Source of the DNA: a virus
Taxonomy: Duplodnaviria > Heunggongvirae > Uroviricota > Caudoviricetes > Peduoviridae
Virus record (IMG/VR): IMGVR_UViG_2585427767_000007
Strand: one strand, 5' to 3'
Length of the DNA: 34,558 nucleotides
Positions within the stretch are counted from its first letter, which is position 1. Each line of letters starts with the position of its first letter. The notes under the pieces are model-generated. The model ran no database searches and was not told the origin of the DNA. It saw only the letters and a list, made by a program, of their open reading frames with translations. The position numbers and the translations under genes were made by a program. Positions 17,513 through 26,816 of the stretch are shown one piece after another.

Positions 17513-18009
17513 TGCCGGTAATTAACACGCATCAGAATATCGCGGCCTTTCTCGACATGCTGGCCGTGTCCGAAGGGACGGCGAATCATCCGCTGACGAA
17601 AAACCGGGGCTATGACGTGATAGTCACCGGACTGGACGGGAAGCCGGAAATTTTCACCGACTACAGTGACCACCCGTTCGCGCATGGCCGACCGGCGAAG
17701 GTGTTTAACCGTCGCGGTGAAAAATCCACGGCCTCCGGTCGCTATCAGCAGCTTTACCTGTTCTGGCCGCATTACCGCAAACAGCTTGCCCTGCCGGATT
17801 TCAGTCCGTTGTCACAGGACAGACTTGCCATTCAGTTGATCCGCGAACGCGGTGCACTGGATGACGTCCGGGCGGGACGTATTGAGCGCGCCATTTCACG
17901 CTGTCGCAATATCTGGGCGTCCCTGCCGGGTGCCGGTTACGGTCAGCGTGAGCATTCACTGGAAAAACTGGTCACCGTCTGGCGTACCGCTGGCGGCGTA
18001 CCGGCTTAA
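17512..18009 (+). CDS. K: Endolysin gpK (lysozyme-like)
   Basis: 165 aa, start overlapping the holin stop; size and position match P2 gpK. Confidence 0.85.
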   Translation: MPVINTHQNIAAFLDMLAVSEGTANHPLTKNRGYDVIVTGLDGKPEIFTDYSDHPFAHGRPAKVFNRRGEKSTASGRYQQLYLFWPHYRKQLALPDFSPLSQDRLAIQLIRERGALDDVRAGRIERAISRCRNIWASLPGAGYGQREHSLEKLVTVWRTAGGVPA

Positions 18010-18023
18010 ACGGAGTAAACACC

Positions 18024-18449
18024 ATGAAGAAATTATCCCTTTCACTGATGCTGAACGTGTCGCTGGCGCTGATGCTGGCACTGTCCCTGATTTACCCGCA
18101 GAGCGTGGCCGTCAGTTTTGTCGCCACCTGGGCGATTCTGGCGACGGTTATCTGTGTGGTTGCCGGTGGTGTCGGTGTGTATGCCACTGAGTATGTGCTG
18201 GAACGCTACGGGCGGGAGCTGCCGCCGGAATCGCTGGCCGTGAAGATTGTCACGTCGCTGTTTTTGCAGCCGGTAACGTGGTGCCGACGGGCTGTGGGTC
18301 TGGTGGTGATGGTGGCGACGTTTATCTCGCTGGTCGCTGCCGGGTGGATTTTTACCGCGCTGATTTATCTCGTGGCGTCGCTGTTCTTCCGGCTGATACG
18401 TACGGCCTGTCGTCAGCGTCTTGAGGAGCGGGAACTATGTCAAAGCTGA
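18024..18449 (+). CDS. lysA: Lysis regulator LysA (membrane protein)
   Basis: 141 aa with multiple hydrophobic helices; size and position match P2 LysA. Confidence 0.7.
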   Translation: MKKLSLSLMLNVSLALMLALSLIYPQSVAVSFVATWAILATVICVVAGGVGVYATEYVLERYGRELPPESLAVKIVTSLFLQPVTWCRRAVGLVVMVATFISLVAAGWIFTALIYLVASLFFRLIRTACRQRLEERELCQS

Positions 18450-18862
18450 TGATTGTGCTGGTCGTGTTGTTATCGCTGGCGGTGGCCGGTCTGTTTCTGG
18501 TGAAGCATGAAAACGCCAGCCTGCGGGCCTCGCTGGACAGGGTGAACAACGTCGCCAGTGAACAGCAGACGACCATCACTATGCTGAAAAATCAGCTTCA
18601 TGTTGCCCTCACCAGGGCAGACAAAAACGAGCTGGCGCAGGTGGCACTGCGTCAGGAACTGGAGAACGCCGCGAAGCGTGAAGCACAGCGCGAGAAAACC
18701 ATCACGAGGTTACTTAATGAAAACGAAGATTTTCGCCGCTGGTACGGTGCTGACCTGCCTGATGCTGTGCGCCGGTTGCACCAGCGCCCGGCCTGCACCG
18801 ACGCCAGTGATTGTCCACAACGCCTGCCCGAAAGTGAGTCTTTGCCCGATGCCGGGCAGTGA
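18437..18862 (+). CDS. lysB: LysB, Rz-like inner-membrane spanin
   Basis: 141 aa with N-terminal transmembrane helix followed by coiled-coil-like, charged periplasmic region; GAGGAG Shine-Dalgarno. Confidence 0.75.
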   Translation: MSKLMIVLVVLLSLAVAGLFLVKHENASLRASLDRVNNVASEQQTTITMLKNQLHVALTRADKNELAQVALRQELENAAKREAQREKTITRLLNENEDFRRWYGADLPDAVRRLHQRPACTDASDCPQRLPESESLPDAGQ

Positions 18863-19007
18863 CCCGGAGACGAACGGCGATTTAAGTGCTGATATCCGGC
18901 AGCTTGAGAACGCGCTGGCACGCTGTGCCAGCCAGGTAAAAATGATTAAACACTGTCAGGACGAAAACGATGCTCAAACCCGACAGCCTGCGCAGGGCGC
19001 TGACTGA
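18717..19007 (+). CDS. lysC: LysC, Rz1-like outer-membrane lipoprotein spanin, starting inside lysB in another frame
   Basis: ATG 18717 with GAGG upstream gives 96 aa (P2 LysC size). Signal peptide with Cys-containing lipobox-like segment (LTCLMLCAGCTS). Gene begins within the lysB coding region. Confidence 0.7.
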   Translation: MKTKIFAAGTVLTCLMLCAGCTSARPAPTPVIVHNACPKVSLCPMPGSDPETNGDLSADIRQLENALARCASQVKMIKHCQDENDAQTRQPAQGAD

Positions 19008-19437
19008 CGCCGTCACGGTGCTGAAAACCAGTCCCGAGATGCTGCGGATATTCGTGGATAACGGGAGTATTGCCTCCACACTGGCGACGTCTATGTCATT
19101 CGAAAAGCGTTACACGCTCAATGTGATTGTGACCGACTTTACCGGTGATTTTGACCTGCTCATTGTGCCGGTGCTGGCGTGGCTGCGGGAAAATCAGCCC
19201 GACATCATGACCACCGACGAAGGCCAGAAAAAGGGCTTCACGTTTTATGCAGACATCAACAATGACAGCAGCTTTGATATCAGCATCAGCCTGATGCTGA
19301 CCGAGCGCACGCTGGTCAGTGAGGTGGACGGCTCGCTGCATGTGAAGAATATCCCGGAACCTCCGCCGCCGGAGCCGGTCACCCGCCCGATGGAGCTGTA
19401 TATCAATGGCGAACTGGTGAGCAAGTGGGATGAATGA
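18970..19437 (+). CDS. R: Tail completion protein gpR
   Basis: 155 aa; size and position match P2 gpR. Confidence 0.8.
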   Translation: MLKPDSLRRALTDAVTVLKTSPEMLRIFVDNGSIASTLATSMSFEKRYTLNVIVTDFTGDFDLLIVPVLAWLRENQPDIMTTDEGQKKGFTFYADINNDSSFDISISLMLTERTLVSEVDGSLHVKNIPEPPPPEPVTRPMELYINGELVSKWDE

Positions 19438-19882
19438 GTTTAAGCGTTTTGAAGACCGGCTGACCGGACTTATTGAATCGCTGTCACCGTCAGGGCGTCG
19501 GCGACTGAGTGCCGAACTGGCGAAACGTCTGCGTCAGAGTCAGCAGCGTCGGGTGATGGCACAGAAAGCCCCGGACGGCACACCCTACGCACCACGCCAG
19601 CAGCAGAGCGCCAGAAAAAAGACCGGTCGTGTTAAGCGAAAAATGTTTGCGAAACTTATCACCAGTCGTTTTTTGCATATCCGCGCCAGCCCGGAACAGG
19701 CATCAATGGAATTTTACGGCGGGAAGTCGCCGAAAATCGCCAGTGTGCATCAGTTCGGTCTGTCGGAAGAAACCCGAAAAGACGGTAAGAAAATTGATTA
19801 TCCGGCGCGTCCTCTGCTCGGCTTTACCGGTGAGGATGTGCAGATGATTGAAGAGATTATCCTGTCTCACCTCGACCGTTAG
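19430..19882 (+). CDS. S: Tail completion protein gpS
   Basis: 150 aa, start overlapping the R stop; size and position match P2 gpS. Confidence 0.8.
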   Translation: MNEFKRFEDRLTGLIESLSPSGRRRLSAELAKRLRQSQQRRVMAQKAPDGTPYAPRQQQSARKKTGRVKRKMFAKLITSRFLHIRASPEQASMEFYGGKSPKIASVHQFGLSEETRKDGKKIDYPARPLLGFTGEDVQMIEEIILSHLDR

Positions 19883-19948
19883 TTGTGCCATTCCCGACAC
19901 CTCATCGTCACATTGCCGCCGGTATGACCCGGCGGCATCCTTCCCGTT

Positions 19949-20590
19949 ATGAACACACTCGCAAATATTCAGGAACTCGCGCGCGCACTGCGCAATATGA
20001 TTCGCACCGGCGTTATCGTCGAAACCGACCTTAACGCCGGTCGCTGTCGTGTGCAGACCGGCGGCATGTGCACCGACTGGCTTCAGTGGCTGACCCATCG
20101 TGCCGGACGTTCGCGCACATGGTGGGCACCTTCCGTGGGGGAACAGGTGCTGATTCTGGCTGTGGGCGGTGAACTCGACACGGCGTTCGTTCTGCCGGGG
20201 ATTTATTCCGGCGATAACCCCGCGCCGTCTGCGTCGGCGGATGCCCTGCATATCCGTTTCCCTGACGGGGCGGTGATTGAGTATGAACCTGAAACCAGTG
20301 CACTCACGGTAAGCGGAATTAAAACGGCCAGCGTGACGGCTTATGATTCTGTTACCGCCACGGTGCCGGTGGTCATGGTGAAAGCGTCAACCCGCGTCAC
20401 CCTGGACACACCGGAGGTGGTCTGCACCAACAAGCTGACTACCGGCACGCTGGAAGTGCAGAAGGGCGGGAAGATGCACGGCAACATCGAGCATACCGAC
20501 GGGAAATTCACTTCTAACGGCGTTCAGGTGGATGACCACGGTCACGGTGGTGTTAAGTCAGGAGACAACTGGACACAGGGGACAAAATGA
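19949..20590 (+). CDS. V: Baseplate spike/assembly protein gpV
   Basis: 213 aa at the P2 gpV position (P2 gpV about 211 aa from memory). Confidence 0.85.
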   Translation: MNTLANIQELARALRNMIRTGVIVETDLNAGRCRVQTGGMCTDWLQWLTHRAGRSRTWWAPSVGEQVLILAVGGELDTAFVLPGIYSGDNPAPSASADALHIRFPDGAVIEYEPETSALTVSGIKTASVTAYDSVTATVPVVMVKASTRVTLDTPEVVCTNKLTTGTLEVQKGGKMHGNIEHTDGKFTSNGVQVDDHGHGGVKSGDNWTQGTK

Positions 20591-20934
20591 CAGCACGTTA
20601 TCTCGGAATGAATCGCAGTGATGGCCTGACGGTCACTGACCTTGAGCATATCAGCCAGAGTATCGGCGATATCCTGCGCACGCCGGTCGGCTCACGGGTG
20701 ATGCGTCGTGATTACGGCTCGTTGCTGGCGTCAATGATTGACCAGCCGCAGACCCCGGCGCTTGAGTTGCAGATTAAGGTCGCCTGTTACATGGCGGTGC
20801 TGAAATGGGAACCCCGCGTCACCCTGTCATCCGTTACCACGGCGCGCAGCTTTGACGGGCGAATGACGGTCACGTTAACCGGCCAGCACAACGACACCGG
20901 CCAGCCACTTTCATTAACCATCCCTGTGAGTTGA
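20587..20934 (+). CDS. W: Baseplate wedge protein gpW (gp25-like)
   Basis: 115 aa, start overlapping the V stop; matches P2 gpW size. Confidence 0.85.
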   Translation: MTARYLGMNRSDGLTVTDLEHISQSIGDILRTPVGSRVMRRDYGSLLASMIDQPQTPALELQIKVACYMAVLKWEPRVTLSSVTTARSFDGRMTVTLTGQHNDTGQPLSLTIPVS

Positions 20935-20938
20935 AACC

Positions 20939-21847
20939 ATGCCGATTATCGACCTGAACCAGCTACCCGCACCGGATGTGGTCGAGGAGCTGGACTTTGA
21001 AACCATTCTTGCCGAACGCAAGGCGACACTGATTTCCCTTTACCCGGAAGACCTGCAGGAGGCGGTCGCCCGTACCCTGACGCTGGAATCCGAGCCTCTC
21101 GTCAAACTGCTGGAGGAAAATGCTTATCGTGAACTTATCTGGCGTCAGCGTGTGAATGAGGCCGCACGGGCGGTGATGCTGGCCTGTGCTGCCGGTAATG
21201 ACCTTGATGTGATTGGTGCCAATTACAACACCACGCGCCTGATTATCACCCCGGCAGATGATTCGACTATCCCGCCGACACCGGCAGTGATGGAGTCTGA
21301 CACCGATTACCGGCTGCGTATTCAGCAGGCGTTTGAAGGCTTAAGCGTCGCCGGGTCGGTGGGTGCCTATCAGTATCATGGCCGCAGTGCCGACGGGCGT
21401 GTCGCGGATATCTCTGTCACCAGTCCGTCTCCGGCCTGCGTCACCATCTCTGTGCTGTCACGTGAGAATAACGGTGTGGCATCCGAAGACCTGCTGGCGG
21501 TGGTACGTAACGCCCTTAATGGCGAGGATGTCAGGCCGGTGGCCGACCGCGTGACCGTGCAGTCTGCCGCCATCGTTGAATACCAGATAAACGCCACGCT
21601 TTACCTTTACCCTGGTCCCGAAAGCGAACCCATCCGCGCGGCCGCCGTGAAAAAACTGGAAGCGTATATCACGGCACAGCACCGGCTGGGGCGCGACATC
21701 CGTCTGTCTGCCATTTATGCCGCTTTGCATGTGGAAGGCGTGCAGCGTGTCGAACTGACTGCACCGCTGGCCGACATCGTGCTCAACAGTACGCAGGCGT
21801 CTTTCTGTACCGAATACCGCGTCGTGACCGGAGGCTCTGATGAGTGA
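20939..21847 (+). CDS. J: Baseplate protein gpJ
   Basis: 302 aa; matches P2 gpJ size and position. Confidence 0.85.
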   Translation: MPIIDLNQLPAPDVVEELDFETILAERKATLISLYPEDLQEAVARTLTLESEPLVKLLEENAYRELIWRQRVNEAARAVMLACAAGNDLDVIGANYNTTRLIITPADDSTIPPTPAVMESDTDYRLRIQQAFEGLSVAGSVGAYQYHGRSADGRVADISVTSPSPACVTISVLSRENNGVASEDLLAVVRNALNGEDVRPVADRVTVQSAAIVEYQINATLYLYPGPESEPIRAAAVKKLEAYITAQHRLGRDIRLSAIYAALHVEGVQRVELTAPLADIVLNSTQASFCTEYRVVTGGSDE

Positions 21848-22370
21848 TTCGCGCCTGCTGCCGACCGGCTCATCACCGCTTGAAGTTGCCGCCGCAAAAG
21901 CCTGTGCGGAAATTGAAAAAACGCCGGTCAGTATTCGTGAGCTGTGGAACCCGGACACCTGTCCGGCAAATCTGCTGCCGTGGCTGGCGTGGGCGTTTTC
22001 GGTTGACAGGTGGGATGAAAAGTGGCCGGAAGCGACCAAACGCGCCGTGATTCGCGATGCGTATTTCATTCATTGTCATAAAGGCACTGTCGGCGCAATC
22101 CGGCGTGTGGTGGAGCCGCTCGGCTATCTCATTAACGTAAAGGAATGGTGGGAGACAAACGACCCGCCCGGAACCTTTCGCCTTGATATCGGTGTGCTGG
22201 AAAGCGGTATCACGGAGGAGATGTATCTGGAAATGGAACGGCTGATTGCCGATGCCAAACCCGCAAGTCGCCACCTTATCGGTCTGAACATTATCCAGGA
22301 CATTCCCGGCTATCTGTATACAGGCGGTGTGGTCTGTGATGGTGATGTTATTACTGTTTATCCCGGATAA
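21840..22370 (+). CDS. I: Baseplate protein gpI
   Basis: 176 aa, overlapping the J stop; matches P2 gpI. Confidence 0.85.
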   Translation: MSDSRLLPTGSSPLEVAAAKACAEIEKTPVSIRELWNPDTCPANLLPWLAWAFSVDRWDEKWPEATKRAVIRDAYFIHCHKGTVGAIRRVVEPLGYLINVKEWWETNDPPGTFRLDIGVLESGITEEMYLEMERLIADAKPASRHLIGLNIIQDIPGYLYTGGVVCDGDVITVYPG

Positions 22371-22380
22371 GTGAGAAACA

Positions 22381-25140
22381 ATGAGCACGAAATTTAAAAC
22401 CGTTATCACTACTGCCGGAGCCGCAAAGCTGGCAGCCGCCACTGTCCCCGGCGGGAAAAAAGTAAACCTGTCTGCAATGGCCGTGGGTGACGGTAATGGC
22501 AAATTGCCGGTGCCGGATGCCGGTCAGACGAAACTGGTGCATGAGGTCTGGCGTCACGCTCTGAATAAAGTCAGCGTGGATAACAAGAATAAAAACTATA
22601 TCGTGGCTGAACTGGTTGTACCGCCCGAAGTGGGCGGCTTCTGGATGCGTGAGCTTGGTCTGTATGACGATGCCGGAACACTGATTGCGGTATCCAACAT
22701 GGCAGAAAGCTATAAGCCAGAACTGGCTGAAGGCTCCGGACGTGCGCAGACCTGCCGCATGGTTATTATTCTCAGCAACGTGGCGTCCGTTGAGCTGAGT
22801 ATTGATGCCAGCACGGTGATGGCGACGCAGGATTACGTCGATGACAAAATCGCAGAGCATGAGCAGTCCCGCCGCCATCCTGACGCCACGCTGACAGAAA
22901 AAGGTTTTACTCAGTTAAGCAGTGCAACAAACAGCACCAGTGAAAAGCTGGCGGCAACGCCAAAAGCGGTCAAGGCAGCAAATGACAACGCAAATTCACG
23001 TCTGGCGAAAAATCAGAACGGTGCAGATATCCAGGATAAATCAGCTTTTCTGGACAATGTTGGCGTTACCAGCCTGACGTTTATGAAAAACAATGGCGAA
23101 ATGCCGCTTGATGCTGATCTGAATACATTTGGTCCCGTTAAGGCTTATCTGGGGATCTGGTCTAAAGCTACCTCAACTAACGCAACACTGGAGAAAAATT
23201 TCCCGGAAGATAATGCTGTCGGTGTGCTTGAGGTTTTTGCTGCCGGCAATTTTGCAGGTACGCAACGCTTTACCACAAGAGACGGCAATGTATACATGCG
23301 TAAACTCGCCAATAAGTGGAATGGCACTGATGGTCCGTGGGGCGTATGGCGTCACACTCAATCAGCTACCCGCCCTTTGAGTACGACTATAGACCTGAAT
23401 ACGCTTGGAGCCGCCGAACATCTTGGTTTATGGCGTAACAGTAGCTCGGCTATAGCTTCATATGAACGCAATTATCCAGAGGAAGGCGGCTTTGCTCAGG
23501 GGACGCTTGAGATCCTTGAAGGCGGGAATTATGGAAGAACGCAACGTTATACCACTCGCCGTGGAAATATGTATGTCCGCTGCCTTGCGGCAAGCTGGGA
23601 TGCATCAAATCCGCAGTGGGAACCGTGGTTAAGAGTCGGTCATCAGTCAGAGAGTCGTTATTACGAAGGTGATTTGAATGATGTAACCTCACCAGGTATT
23701 TACAGCGTTACAGGTAAAGCGACCAACGGTCCAGTACTGGACGGAAACGGCGTGACTGTACTCGGCATTCTGGAAGTGTTGAGGCGGTTTGATGGTGTTA
23801 ATGTATGGCAGCGTTATACAACTGCCGGAACAGGTACAACCCTTAAAGGCCGCACCTTTGAGCGCGTCTTTACCGGCAGCTCATGGAGCGAATGGCGGGA
23901 AGTCTACACCTCGTATTCACTTCCCCTGAATCTGGGTATCGGCGGTGCTGTGGCAAAGCTCACCAGCCTGGACTGGCAGACCTACGATTTTGTGCCGGGC
24001 AGTCTGATAACCGTTAGGCTGGATAATATGACCAATATTCCCGACGGTATGGACTGGGGCGTCATTGATGGCAACCTGATAAACATCGCAGTTGGTCCGA
24101 GTGATGATTCCGGTACGGGGCGCTCAATGCATGTATGGCGCAGCACTGTAAGTAAAGCGAACTACCGATTTTTTATGGTGCGTATTTCAGGAAATCCGGG
24201 AAGCCGCACGATCACAGCAAGACGAGTACCAATCATTGACGAAGCCCAGACATGGGGCGCGAAACAGACATTCAGTGCTGGCCTTTCTGGTGAACTGTCC
24301 GGCAATGCGGCGACAGCAACAAAGCTGAAAACAGCCCGTAAAATTAATAACGTTTCGTTTGATGGAACATCAGATATTAACCTGACGCCGAAAAATATTG
24401 GTGCATTTGCTTCAGGAAAAACAGGAGACACCGTTGCGAATGATAAAGCCGTTGGGTGGAACTGGAGTAGCGGAGCCTATAACGCAACTACTGGTGGGGC
24501 ATCAACGTTAATTCTTCATTTTAATATCGGTGAAGGAAGTTGTCCCGCCGCCCAGTTCCGCGTTAATTATAAGAACGGCGGTATTTTTTATCGTTCTGCT
24601 CGTGACGGTTACGGATTCGAGGCTGACTGGTCTGAGTTTTATACCACAACGCGAAAACCTACAGCGGGAGATGTCGGTGCACTGCCGTTATCTGGTGGTC
24701 AATTGAATGGTGCTCTGGGTATAGGAACATCCAGTGCTCTTGGCGGTAATTCGATTGTTTTGGGTGATAATGACACGGGCTTTAAACAAAATGGTGATGG
24801 TAATCTGGATGTTTATGCTAATAGCGTCCATATTATGCGCTTTGTCTCGGGAAGTATTCAAAGTAATAAAACCATAAATATTACGGGGCGTGTTAATCCC
24901 TCGGATTACGGTAACTTTGATTCCCGCTATGTCCGGGATATCCGGCTTGGTGGTGCTGCCACATACAAACCTGCGAACAATGGCATGACATGGACACATC
25001 AGGCACCGTCCGGGTGTGTATATTCCGGCATTATTGTTCAGGATACCGGCTCAAACTCTGCCGATAACATTGGTGGTGTATATTACAGGCCGGTTCAGAA
25101 ATACATTAACGGGACATGGTATAACGTGGCGCAGGTATAA
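22381..25140 (+). CDS. H: Tail fibre protein gpH, extended 919-aa variant
   Basis: Position after I. Considerably longer than the roughly 669 aa I remember for P2 gpH. Contains three related internal repeats beginning GVLEVF.../GTLEILEG.../GILEVLRR..., each carrying a QR(F/Y)TT core. Confidence 0.85.
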   Translation: MSTKFKTVITTAGAAKLAAATVPGGKKVNLSAMAVGDGNGKLPVPDAGQTKLVHEVWRHALNKVSVDNKNKNYIVAELVVPPEVGGFWMRELGLYDDAGTLIAVSNMAESYKPELAEGSGRAQTCRMVIILSNVASVELSIDASTVMATQDYVDDKIAEHEQSRRHPDATLTEKGFTQLSSATNSTSEKLAATPKAVKAANDNANSRLAKNQNGADIQDKSAFLDNVGVTSLTFMKNNGEMPLDADLNTFGPVKAYLGIWSKATSTNATLEKNFPEDNAVGVLEVFAAGNFAGTQRFTTRDGNVYMRKLANKWNGTDGPWGVWRHTQSATRPLSTTIDLNTLGAAEHLGLWRNSSSAIASYERNYPEEGGFAQGTLEILEGGNYGRTQRYTTRRGNMYVRCLAASWDASNPQWEPWLRVGHQSESRYYEGDLNDVTSPGIYSVTGKATNGPVLDGNGVTVLGILEVLRRFDGVNVWQRYTTAGTGTTLKGRTFERVFTGSSWSEWREVYTSYSLPLNLGIGGAVAKLTSLDWQTYDFVPGSLITVRLDNMTNIPDGMDWGVIDGNLINIAVGPSDDSGTGRSMHVWRSTVSKANYRFFMVRISGNPGSRTITARRVPIIDEAQTWGAKQTFSAGLSGELSGNAATATKLKTARKINNVSFDGTSDINLTPKNIGAFASGKTGDTVANDKAVGWNWSSGAYNATTGGASTLILHFNIGEGSCPAAQFRVNYKNGGIFYRSARDGYGFEADWSEFYTTTRKPTAGDVGALPLSGGQLNGALGIGTSSALGGNSIVLGDNDTGFKQNGDGNLDVYANSVHIMRFVSGSIQSNKTINITGRVNPSDYGNFDSRYVRDIRLGGAATYKPANNGMTWTHQAPSGCVYSGIIVQDTGSNSADNIGGVYYRPVQKYINGTWYNVAQV

Positions 25141-25143
25141 TTT

Positions 25144-25671
25144 ATGCAGCATTTAAAAAATATTACGGCGGGGAATCCAAAAACGGTTGAACAATATCAA
25201 TTGACAAAGGGTTTTGATGTTGTCTGGTTTTTTTCAGAAGATGGTAAGAACTGGTACGAAGAACAAAAGTATTTTGCTGATGACACGATAAAAATAGCGT
25301 ACGACAAAGATAATATTATCCGCTATGTGGAAAAGGATGTGACAGCTATCAGACCGGATGGATTAAGTGTTGTTGAAGTGGCGGATATTACTGCTAACCG
25401 ACGGGCGGACATTTCAGGGGGCTGGATGTTTAAGGACGGCAAAGTGATTAAACGCATTTATACGGCAGAGGAATTGCTGCAGCAGGCAGAAAACCGGAAA
25501 GCCAGACTTCTTGCAGATGCTGAATCCGTGATTTTGCCGCTGGAGCGCGCGGTCAGACTGAACATGGCAACAGATGAGGAGCGTAGCCGACTGGATGCAT
25601 GGGAGCGTTACAGCGTTCTGGTCAGTCGTGTGGATCCTGCAAATCCTGAATGGCCGGAAATGCCGCAATAA
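25144..25671 (+). CDS. G: Tail fibre assembly chaperone gpG
   Basis: 175 aa immediately after H; matches P2 gpG size. Confidence 0.8.
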   Translation: MQHLKNITAGNPKTVEQYQLTKGFDVVWFFSEDGKNWYEEQKYFADDTIKIAYDKDNIIRYVEKDVTAIRPDGLSVVEVADITANRRADISGGWMFKDGKVIKRIYTAEELLQQAENRKARLLADAESVILPLERAVRLNMATDEERSRLDAWERYSVLVSRVDPANPEWPEMPQ

Positions 25672-25892
25672 GTTGTATGATCTCTGGAGTGAGCAAACGT
25701 ATCTATGGCACAGAGTAAAGCCTAATCTGACAGGCCGCTCTGTGTCTGGAGTAGATTTTAGTAAAGCATTATTTTATTAGTGCAAATTCTAATCAATACA
25801 TTTTATGTATATGATATCCTGCAGACTTTAATGACTTGGTTTAGGCTAACCAGATAACACTGAAGGAATATTTTTGATAATTAAGGTACGGT

Positions 25893-26486
25893 ATGTTTAC
25901 TAAGCGACGATTAAAAAATATTAACTGGGAGGCAAGTTCAGTGATTCTTGCTATGGTTCTCTTTGTTGGAAATATATTTTATACAAATCATCGTGATGAT
26001 ATAAGCATGGAGGCTGAGAGGGACAGTATCAGAACAATGTTTGCATATGAAATCGCTAATAACCATCGCGCTCTCACTTTTCTTGATAAAACGAGACATA
26101 TTGGCTTTGACGAAAATTCGGAGCATTTTGTTGGCGAGCCTTTTGCCATTAATGTCAAATCATTAGGGGGGCCTCGCTTACAGATTGCATTAAACCAGAC
26201 TGATAAAGTGTTTAAATCCTACTTCAGCGAATTAAGTAAGCTTGGTAAAGAGGATGTTACTCTTCTTATGGACTATTACCATGAGCAAAGCATCCTGCTG
26301 GAGCGTGTAAAATCTACGTTACAGAAGATGAAAAGTGGTAATGATATTAAAGTTGATATTGATGGTTACTTATTAGAAGAACACTTCATGAATGAGCTTA
26401 ATCTTTCTAATATTTTGCTTAAACGCTATAGCCATTTGTTGTCACAATACGCTAAAGAACATAAAACAAAAGATTTACATAATTGA
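25893..26486 (+). CDS. AT-rich moron at the P2 Z/fun locus: 197-aa hypothetical protein with N-terminal membrane anchor
   Basis: ATG 25893 with AAGG upstream. Single hydrophobic segment SSVILAMVLFVGNIF near the N-terminus. Markedly lower GC than the flanking tail genes; followed by a strong terminator. Confidence 0.65.
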   Translation: MFTKRRLKNINWEASSVILAMVLFVGNIFYTNHRDDISMEAERDSIRTMFAYEIANNHRALTFLDKTRHIGFDENSEHFVGEPFAINVKSLGGPRLQIALNQTDKVFKSYFSELSKLGKEDVTLLMDYYHEQSILLERVKSTLQKMKSGNDIKVDIDGYLLEEHFMNELNLSNILLKRYSHLLSQYAKEHKTKDLHN

Positions 26487-26695
26487 TAATCTGCTAATGG
26501 TTATTCATGGGGTAACTATGTTTTATATGTAATCCAACTCAGATGAATTATTGATTCTGGATAATAACCGCAGAGCGGCATATACCCTGACAGGCAAATG
26601 TCCGCTTCTTGTTCAAAGCAGACTGTCAGATTTGATAACTTTTGGGCTATGTAAATTGTCAGTCGGAAAATGAGTGAGTTCAAATCAGGACAGGC

Positions 26696-26734
26696 GGGGG
26701 GAATTGCCCCCCCTTTTTTTTTTTTTTTTTTTTT
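26696..26734 (+). terminator. Intrinsic terminator: G6-loop-C7 hairpin followed by a T21 homopolymer
   Basis: GGGGGG-AATTG-CCCCCCC (26696-26713) followed by 21 consecutive T (26714-26734), downstream of the moron ORF and about 80 nt upstream of FI. Confidence 0.6.
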
Positions 26735-26816
26735 CCCCTGACCAGCCAGGTCAAATAGCGTCTCATGCTCTGCACAACAGAAAATAGTTGCACCCATTAA
26801 CCACGGAGTTAAACGG

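Noticed and set aside
19914-19937. GCCGCCGG-tatgaccc-CCGGCGGC inverted repeat between S and V as a terminator
   Set aside because: No T-run follows, and S and V are expected to be co-transcribed or separated by a late promoter; it may be a regulatory hairpin but I cannot support a specific call.
26516-26797. 93-aa minus-strand ORF spanning the T21 tract (translating a KKKKKKK run)
   Set aside because: It is created by the homopolymer and hairpin and lies across a terminator; no Shine-Dalgarno; almost certainly not a gene.
26735-26816. Ogr-dependent late promoter PF with TGT-N12-ACA dyad upstream of FI
   Set aside because: The expected dyad is not present in recognisable form (only TGCAC...TTGCA partial symmetry), so I did not annotate a specific promoter although one is expected here.
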